DNA from: Clostridia bacterium
GTDB lineage: Bacteria; Bacillota; Clostridia; Oscillospirales; CAG-382
DNA: 64,000 nt
Direction: 5' to 3'
Assembly: GCA_017560085.1 (NCBI GenBank)
Contig: JAFYPA010000083.1
Coordinates: 14,517-78,516 of the forward strand
Position 1 is the first letter of the stretch. Each line of letters begins with the position of its first letter. A model generated the notes under the pieces. It saw only the letters and a program-made list of their open reading frames with translations, was not told the origin of the DNA and ran no database searches. A program made the translations under genes and the position numbers. Positions 56,303 through 64,000 of the stretch are shown one piece after another.

Positions 56303-57193
56303 TCAGTGTCTTTTGCATTTGTCACAGTCCTTGTCCTTGCAGAGTATTCCGTCAAGCACCGAGGGACAGCCGAGATAAAGTATATTCAGTGCGATTTCGC
56401 ACATATCAAAGAGTGACGCTGGAAGCTCACTTTTTCGCCTCATAAGTATATCCGCCGCCGTATCCGTGCCGCGTGCTATGGAATTCCGCCCCTTGCGAAG
56501 AGCCGTCAGAGCCTCGTCCGAGCTTCCGTATTCGTTGAGATACGGATTGAAGCTGTGGGATTTTTCGTCCTTTTCAAGGTCGTCCGCCGCATCTGCACAG
56601 TATATGAACCTTCCGACCTCAAAGCCGACGGTGTAGGCGTCCTCCTTGGCCTCGTCCGCAAGACCCAGCTTCAAAAGATAACCCATCATATCACCGAAGG
56701 TCTCGGAAAGGTCGTATACCGAGCCACCGTTTTTTTCAAGCAGAGCAGTCCTTTCCATACAGTCGGAGATTATCATATCCACATCACGGAAGCCCTGCTT
56801 CAGAGCCTTTTTTCTCATATGTGACGCAAAGGGGAGAAGAAGCCTTGAGAACAGAGATTTCACAAGGCCGTCATCCTTTATGTTGTCAACAAGCTTGTAA
56901 TAGGTGAGCACGGAGAAAATCGCGGAGGAAAGCCCCAGCGCACCGTTATCCGAGATGACCTTCTTTTTTGCAAAGAGGTGAAATCCGCAACGAGCCGATT
57001 CTGTGGTGTATTCGGTTTTTTCGAATATCATCCGCACCGCGGCGAAAAACGTGTAGTCATAGCTCAGAAAGAACCGTGAGAATAAGCTTATATGCTTTCC
57101 CGCACTCCTGCAAAGACCGCAATACAGCGAGCGGTACAGCTTTATCTGCTTTACCTTCAGCTCGTCCTCGTACGGCTTTATATATCCGAACAT
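56303..57193 (-). CDS. DUF5685-like protein
   Basis: The N-terminus MFGYIKPYEDELKVKQIKLYRSLYCGLC matches my recollection of the DUF5685 family signature. C-terminal tail CKDKDCDKCKRH. Confidence 0.55.
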   Translation of the reverse strand: MFGYIKPYEDELKVKQIKLYRSLYCGLCRSAGKHISLFSRFFLSYDYTFFAAVRMIFEKTEYTTESARCGFHLFAKKKVISDNGALGLSSAIFSVLTYYKLVDNIKDDGLVKSLFSRLLLPFASHMRKKALKQGFRDVDMIISDCMERTALLEKNGGSVYDLSETFGDMMGYLLKLGLADEAKEDAYTVGFEVGRFIYCADAADDLEKDEKSHSFNPYLNEYGSSDEALTALRKGRNSIARGTDTAADILMRRKSELPASLFDMCEIALNILYLGCPSVLDGILCKDKDCDKCKRH

Positions 57194-57236
57194 AGCCTTA
57201 CCTCCTTACACAATAATATATTGCGAGGCATACGGT

Positions 57237-57617
57237 TTAGATGCAATTAGTTTTTCGCTTTATAATTAAATGTTTAATTATAAATTCAACAACCATAATT
57301 ACTAAATAACTAATACTATAAGTAATAGTTGCTATAAAGTAAGTTAAATGTCCTTCTAAATCGTACCAAATTTGTTTATCTATTAAACTATGATAATAAA
57401 GCTGACCATTAATACACATTCCAACAGAAGAAGATAACAAAATGAGTAAGCATCCAAACCAAAACTCTTTTCGGCTATTGCTTAAAATCAAATTTAAAAT
57501 TGATACAATAAGAGTCCATATCCAAATTGTTTTCATAAAATCTGTTCCAACATTTCCAAATATAACACACGGAACTAATATTGAAACATTTAAAATACTT
57601 AACACCACTTTTCTCAT
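57237..57617 (-). CDS. low-GC orphan 4-TM membrane protein
   Basis: Start set at Met24 (57617), 6 nt after AAAGGAG. The protein is strongly hydrophobic, and its A+T content is far above that of flanking genes. Confidence 0.5.
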   Translation of the reverse strand: MRKVVLSILNVSILVPCVIFGNVGTDFMKTIWIWTLIVSILNLILSNSRKEFWFGCLLILLSSSVGMCINGQLYYHSLIDKQIWYDLEGHLTYFIATITYSISYLVIMVVEFIIKHLIIKRKTNCI

Positions 57618-57769
57618 ATCGGTACTCCTTTCGACAAATTTCGACATATCCATATACATTATATACTCTCTTTCGTGAAAATACAAGTCCCCCTGTGTGA
57701 AATTATGCTGAACACGGCGGTGTTTTATGTATGTTCGGTAAATGTTTATATTATTTTTTTAAATTATTA

Positions 57770-57798
57770 TTGAAAAAGGGCGGAAAATATGGTATCAT
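57770..57798 (+). promoter_or_regulatory. putative promoter
   Basis: TTGAAA (57770-57775), 17-nt spacer, extended -10 TGg-TATCAT (57790-57798). Confidence 0.45.
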
Positions 57799-57829
57799 AA
57801 TACGAATACTAAAATGGAGGACTATTTCA

Positions 57830-58261
57830 ATGAAGGTACTCGGACAGTTCAAAAAGTTTTTCGGCGTAAGCTCTGTGCTTTATACCTGCCTTTCCTTTGC
57901 GATTATATTGCTATATAAAAAAGGAAACCCGGTTAAGTGGGAATGGTATCAAATGGATGTTGGAAATTTGTTTTTCGATATCCTTGTATTTGCCGCTATC
58001 GCAGGTGCGGTTATAACACTTGTTGACCTCATCCCGAAGCTTCCCGCGGTGGTAAAGAGCCTTATAAAGCTCGTGCTTATCTATGCGGATTTCTACTTCT
58101 GGATGCTCAGAGGCAACGGCAACGCAAGCCATATTATGATTATGAGCACAATCTATGTTGCGGTATTTTTCGCAATCACGGGCATCGGTGCTCTTCTCGG
58201 TCTTATCGGCAAAAAGAAGAAGAACGATGAATACAACAGCGTTTACGGCGAGGATAAGTAA
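57830..58261 (+). CDS. membrane protein (4 TM segments)
   Basis: Start at Met34 of the ORF track (57830), which has a GGAGGA RBS; 143 aa. Confidence 0.55.
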   Translation: MKVLGQFKKFFGVSSVLYTCLSFAIILLYKKGNPVKWEWYQMDVGNLFFDILVFAAIAGAVITLVDLIPKLPAVVKSLIKLVLIYADFYFWMLRGNGNASHIMIMSTIYVAVFFAITGIGALLGLIGKKKKNDEYNSVYGEDK

Positions 58262-58293
58262 TATATTTTATACGGAAAGAAAAGAATAACCAA

Positions 58294-59553
58294 ATGGAAA
58301 AAATGAAATTTGCCGCCACCTGTCTTTTCGGACTTGAAAGGCTTGTCGGCGAGGAAATAGACGCCCTCGGCTACAAAAGACTCGAAACCATTGACGGCAG
58401 AGTCTACTTTGAGGGCGACATTACGGCGATTGCCCGCTGTAATATGTGGCTCAGATGTGCAGAGCGTGTATTTATAGTTGCGGGTGAATTCGAGGCAACC
58501 ACCTTTACCGAGCTTTTTGACGGTACAAAGGCGATTCCGTGGGAAAACTACATTGGAGAAAATGATGCATTCCCGAATTCGGGTCACTCCATAAAGTCAC
58601 AGCTTGTGAGCATCCCCGACTGCCAGAGCATAGTTAAAAAGGCTATGGTGGAAAGACTCAAGAGCGTTTACGGTGTTGACTGGTTCGAGGAAAACGAAAC
58701 CAAGGTAAGAATCGAGTTCTTTATCCTCAATGATAAGGCAACTCTTATGATTGATACCTCGGGCGAGCCTCTCTTCAAGCGAGGCTACAGAGAAAAGGCG
58801 GCGGAAGCCCCTCTTCGTGAAACTCTTGCGGCGGCACTCGTTAAGCTTTCAAGACCCAGAGAAAACGTTATCACCTGGGACCCCTTCTGCGGAAGCGGAA
58901 CAATCGCCATTGAGTCTGCGCTCATTATGACAAACACAGCCCCCGGCATAAGAAGACGCTTCTCCTCCGAGCATTACAGATGGATACCCAAGAAGGTATG
59001 GCAGGATGCAAGAAAGGAAGCGGCGGATGCGGTAAACCTTGACACAACCTTCAAGGCGTGGGCATCAGATATCGACCCCGAATGCGTACAGCTTGCAAAG
59101 GACAACGCCAAGCGTGCGGGAATGGAGAACTACATCAAGATTTTCCAAAAGGACGCACTTTCAATTTTCGACAACGGCGAGAGAACAACCATCGTATGTA
59201 ACCCGCCCTACGGCGAAAGACTCGGCTCAATCCGTGAAGCAAGAGAGCTTTACAAAAAGCTCGGAAAGACGCTTTCGACTCTCGTTCCCCCGTGGCAGAT
59301 GTACCTTCTTACAAGCGAGGAGGAATTCGAAAGGCTTTACGGCAAGCGTGCAAACAAGGCACGAAAGCTTTACAACGGTATGATAAAGTGCTATCTCTAT
59401 CAGTACTTCAAGGATTTTGGAGACAAGAAGCCCTTCGAAGGCAAGAAGCCGCATGATAAGGACTTCGGCGATAAAAAGTCACACGGTGACAGGAAGCCCT
59501 TTGGCGAGAAAAAGCATTTTAACAAAGACGAAAAAAGAGGCGAAAAGAAATGA
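58294..59553 (+). CDS. THUMP-domain class I SAM-dependent RNA methyltransferase with a Lys-rich repeat tail
   Basis: THUMP N-terminus, DPFCGSGTIAIE (motif I) and NPPYGERLG (motif IV). C-terminal FGDKKPFEGKKPHDKDFGDKKSHGDRKPFGEKKHF repeats. Confidence 0.85.
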   Translation: MEKMKFAATCLFGLERLVGEEIDALGYKRLETIDGRVYFEGDITAIARCNMWLRCAERVFIVAGEFEATTFTELFDGTKAIPWENYIGENDAFPNSGHSIKSQLVSIPDCQSIVKKAMVERLKSVYGVDWFEENETKVRIEFFILNDKATLMIDTSGEPLFKRGYREKAAEAPLRETLAAALVKLSRPRENVITWDPFCGSGTIAIESALIMTNTAPGIRRRFSSEHYRWIPKKVWQDARKEAADAVNLDTTFKAWASDIDPECVQLAKDNAKRAGMENYIKIFQKDALSIFDNGERTTIVCNPPYGERLGSIREARELYKKLGKTLSTLVPPWQMYLLTSEEEFERLYGKRANKARKLYNGMIKCYLYQYFKDFGDKKPFEGKKPHDKDFGDKKSHGDRKPFGEKKHFNKDEKRGEKK

Positions 59554-60236
59554 TTATCGATTTGCACGTTCACACGCAGGAGGTAAGCGGCTGCTCAAAC
59601 GTCAGCGTGGAGGATATGATTGACAAATACCACGCAAAGGGCTATGATGCGGTTGTGATTACCAATCATTTCTGCAGATATACAAGAGATTTCGGCAAGT
59701 TTGAGAAATGGGACGACTTCGTTGATTTCTTTATGGTACCGGTAAATCGGGGCAGGGAATACGCAAAGAAGTACGGAATGAAGATATTCTGGGGCATAGA
59801 GCTCCGCTTCAACTGTGACTACGCCAACGACTTCCTTGTTTACGGAATCACCGAGGAATTTCTGAAGGAGCATCCGAATATGCTTGATATGAGCATCGCG
59901 GAATTCTCTCCCCTTGCCCGTGAGGCGGGATGCCTTATCTATCAGGCGCACCCGTTCCGTGACTGGATTCAGGTTATACCGCCGAAATTCCTTGACGGAG
60001 TTGAGGTCAATAACGGACATCCCTATCAGAACTCAAGAAACGACTTTGCAAGGCTCTGGGCGGATGCCAACGGGCTCGGTATGATTTCAGGCTCGGACTT
60101 CCATCAGGACGGCTACGAGGCGCACGGCGGAATCGTGACATTCAAGGATATAGAAAGCAACGAACAGCTTTGCGATATTCTCCGAAGCGGTGAATATAAT
60201 CTCATCTGCGATAAGACAGGCGGACTTTCAAGATAA
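59550..60236 (+). CDS. PHP-domain phosphoesterase
   Basis: MIIDLHVHT... VITNHF ... QAHPFR ... SGSDFH PHP motifs. ATGA overlap with the upstream gene. Confidence 0.75.
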   Translation: MIIDLHVHTQEVSGCSNVSVEDMIDKYHAKGYDAVVITNHFCRYTRDFGKFEKWDDFVDFFMVPVNRGREYAKKYGMKIFWGIELRFNCDYANDFLVYGITEEFLKEHPNMLDMSIAEFSPLAREAGCLIYQAHPFRDWIQVIPPKFLDGVEVNNGHPYQNSRNDFARLWADANGLGMISGSDFHQDGYEAHGGIVTFKDIESNEQLCDILRSGEYNLICDKTGGLSR

Positions 60237-60322
60237 CAAGGTCGTATTCTGTCGTATTAGCAGACACGGCGGTTGTTTGCAAATTTTGAATGTTAAAAAA
60301 ATGTAAACAACTGTAAAAACAC

Positions 60323-60351
60323 TTGATTTTTCAATATTATTGTACTACAAT
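60323..60351 (+). promoter_or_regulatory. groESL promoter
   Basis: TTGATT (60323-60328), 17-nt spacer, TACAAT (60346-60351); immediately upstream of CIRCE. Confidence 0.6.
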
Positions 60352-60364
60352 ACTCAATGTAGTT

Positions 60365-60391
60365 TTAGCACTCGCGCTTAAAGAGTGCTAA
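60365..60391 (+). promoter_or_regulatory. CIRCE operator (HrcA binding site)
   Basis: TTAGCACTC-gcgcttaaa-GAGTGCTAA is a perfect match to the CIRCE consensus TTAGCACTC-N9-GAGTGCTAA. Confidence 0.95.
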
Positions 60392-60409
60392 AGACAGAGT
60401 AAAAAATAA

Positions 60410-60727
<318 letters not shown>

Positions 60728-60746
60728 GAATCAAAACTGCGTTTTG

Positions 60747-60854
60747 AAAATGCACAATGCAAAATGCAAAATGCAAAATTGATGTGAAAATTTCTTCGAA
60801 ATTTTTATTTTATTGAAATCGCCTGCGGGCGAGGGGAATCGGGGGGTTCCCGAT
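60747..60854. repeat. partial intergenic cassette (copy F) inside the groES-groEL spacer
   Basis: Array AAATGCACAATGCAAAATGCAAAATGCAAAAT (60747-60779). Hairpins 60787-60805 (AAAATTTC-TTC-GAAATTTT), 60819-60832 (TCGCC-tgcg-GGCGA) and 60838-60854 (ATCGGG-gggtt-CCCGAT). Confidence 0.65.
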
Positions 60855-60865
60855 ATATTCCCTAA

Positions 60866-62509
<1,644 letters not shown>

Positions 62510-62530
62510 TAAAATCACAATAAACCATAA

Positions 62531-62563
62531 GAGTCACACCTTTGCGGGTGTGGCTCTTTTTTT
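62531..62563 (+). terminator. intrinsic terminator after groEL
   Basis: GAGTCACACC-tttgcg-GGTGTGGCTC (10 bp, one G-U pair), followed by TTTTTTT. Confidence 0.8.
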
Positions 62564-62870
62564 GTCTGCCCTCGAAAAAAACGGAGAAAAATGGCAAAAT
62601 ATGACTAAAATGCGGCTGTAAAAAGCTTTTTCGTGAAAATCGTCGAACAATGCACAATGTAGAAAAACTATGTAGAATATTGTATAATATATACATAATA
62701 TAATGGCAATAAATGGCAGAAAATAAAAGTGAAAAATCCGTGGAGCGAATTTGAAATTAAGATATATATTTTTAACAAATTATACTGTAAAATCAAAATA
62801 TAATATGATATAATAATATGTGGCTGTAAATACCGCGCGAAATCAAGTATAAGTTAAAATAAAAGAAGCA

Positions 62871-62918
62871 GTGCAAAGTTTGAATGTATTATTATGAGTA
62901 ACTTTGTGCACTTTTTTT
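62871..62918 (+). terminator. orphan terminator-like hairpin with no upstream CDS
   Basis: GTGCAAAGTT ... AACTTTGTGCAC (10 bp including two G-U pairs, 19-nt loop), followed by TTTTTTT. Lies 300 nt beyond the groEL terminator. Confidence 0.4.
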
Positions 62919-63015
62919 GAGTGGTAACAAACAATATATTTGTTCGATTAAAAAACTATCCCCGCCGCCGATGAATTTATTCCTCAAAGCAGGGGAGTGC
63001 CTTTAAATGACAGAC

Positions 63016-63044
63016 TTGACAAAAAACAGAATTTGTGGTATTCT
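63016..63044 (+). promoter_or_regulatory. putative strong promoter with an extended -10
   Basis: TTGACA (63016-63021), 17-nt spacer ending in TGg, then TATTCT (63039-63044). Would give a leader of about 200 nt before the 63247 start. Confidence 0.5.
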
Positions 63045-63246
63045 ATCAGTATGAAAATTTGCGGCATTTTTGCGCCAATTTTTTCGTGTACCCGTTTGCC
63101 CAAATTTAACGATGGGGACGGAAAATGACTTCCTGTGTGTTTATATGATGCTGTAATATCGCGGGGATATTATTTGTATATATAATAAATAGGAAGAAAA
63201 CGCAGAGTGCTGCTCTGTGCAAACTCAAATATAGGGGGAACAGTTA

Positions 63247-64000
63247 ATGAAAACGTCAAAGAACTTCGGACGCGGTAAAAGAATAGCCGTATCCATCCTG
63301 GCACTGTCGTTGATATCTCAGAGCTTTATCGGTTCTGCATTTGCGGCTGAGGACAGTACCAACGAGAATTATTTCTTTGAAGCAAACAACGTTCATTCGG
63401 ACGAAGAACTCTGGGAAAAAGCCCAGAACGGTGACGAGGAAGCCAAGGCTAAGCTTGCCGAGATGAAGGCAAACCGTCTTGAGGCCTCCGCTACCAAGCA
63501 CAACCTCGATGCCATGAACGAAATCCTCACGGCTACAACATACGCTGACTACCGTGCGGATAATGAGGATCGCGGTCGTGTAAAGGCTACTAAGACAATT
63601 ACGGTTAATGCTGCCGATTTCGATAAGGAAGCAACTGCCAAGCATTTTGGTCTCGAAAAGTACGACGAGGCTGCGGCAGAGGCTCTTGCATATTGGCCCG
63701 ACGTTAAGGCTGACGGCTATGTTGAAGGCTGGGACGGTGAATCCCTTCTCACCTACGACGACGGCAGAGTATACTGGACGTTCACAATTCCGGAGGACGG
63801 TCTTTATACAATCGAGGCTGACTACTATCCGATAGTTGACGATAAGGATACAGGTGTGACTGTAGGTAACAAGTCCTCCATCGAAAGAATCCTTCTTATC
63901 GACGGTCGTGTACCCTTCGATGAAGCCCGCTACATCACCTTCACAAGAAACTGGATTGAGGACTATACTCCCGCAGGCTATGTTCAGCCCACACAGTTCT
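63247..64000 (+). CDS. secreted protein, N-terminal part (runs off the window end)
   Basis: Not in the ORF track because it has no stop in the window. ATG 63247 after GGGGGA. Signal peptide MKTSKNFGRGKRIAVSILALSLISQSFIGSAFAAED. The frame is open to 64000. Confidence 0.6.
   Translation, partial: MKTSKNFGRGKRIAVSILALSLISQSFIGSAFAAEDSTNENYFFEANNVHSDEELWEKAQNGDEEAKAKLAEMKANRLEASATKHNLDAMNEILTATTYADYRADNEDRGRVKATKTITVNAADFDKEATAKHFGLEKYDEAAAEALAYWPDVKADGYVEGWDGESLLTYDDGRVYWTFTIPEDGLYTIEADYYPIVDDKDTGVTVGNKSSIERILLIDGRVPFDEARYITFTRNWIEDYTPAGYVQPTQF

Overview
This is a 64-kb chromosomal window from a Firmicute of the Clostridia type. That assignment rests on the glgC-glgD pair, the CIRCE-controlled groESL operon, miaB-ymcA-mutS-mutL-tgt-yajC synteny and AGGAGG-type ribosome binding sites (RBS); the exact taxon cannot be determined from the sequence alone. 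I call 53 protein-coding genes. I recognise no tRNA, rRNA, CRISPR array, transposase, integrase or phage gene.

Gene blocks, in order:
1. 0.1-3.5 kb: PHP hydrolase, ROK glucokinase, pentapeptide-repeat protein and an HPr-like protein.
2. 3.5-13.3 kb: an accessory sugar island with two tandem CE4 deacetylases, three GH36-type glycosidases, a DMT transporter and a divergent AraC regulator.
3. 13.3-15.3 kb: a Tet(M)/EF-G-like GTPase whose start overlaps the AraC stop (ATGA).
4. 15.7-25.7 kb: thpR and a membrane protein, then the minus-strand housekeeping string miaB, ymcA-like, mutS, mutL, tgt, yajC (16.9-25.7 kb).
5. 25.8-30 kb: hslO, a SAM methyltransferase, a DeoR regulator and pfkA.
6. 30.2-40.9 kb: a glycogen operon (glgB-like, glgC, glgD, glgA, glgP, GH13). 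The glgB homolog is truncated and has lost its catalytic motifs. A duplication-bounded insert sits between glgD and glgA.
7. 40.9-45.2 kb: a split double-ATPase 'CoA-enzyme activase' pair of unknown function.
8. 45.4-48.3 kb: an MBL-fold hydrolase and proBA.
9. 48.3-53.6 kb: an MBOAT acyltransferase flanked by two DltD/SGNH-like proteins fused to leucine-rich-repeat (LRR) domains.
10. 53.8-64 kb: a PrsA-like foldase, a DUF5685/J-domain/membrane-protein operon, a low-GC orphan membrane gene, a THUMP methyltransferase, a PHP protein, groESL and a partial secreted protein.

The most unusual signal is non-coding. A family of intergenic cassettes is bounded by inverted arrays of 7-nt tandem repeats (AATGCAT, AGTGAAK, AATGCAA, AATGCAC) and filled with short GAA/TTC-triloop hairpins. 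Copies are inserted inside the operon spacers mutS-mutL, ymcA-mutS and groES-groEL, and after glgD. In every case one array lies within 0-19 nt of a stop codon.
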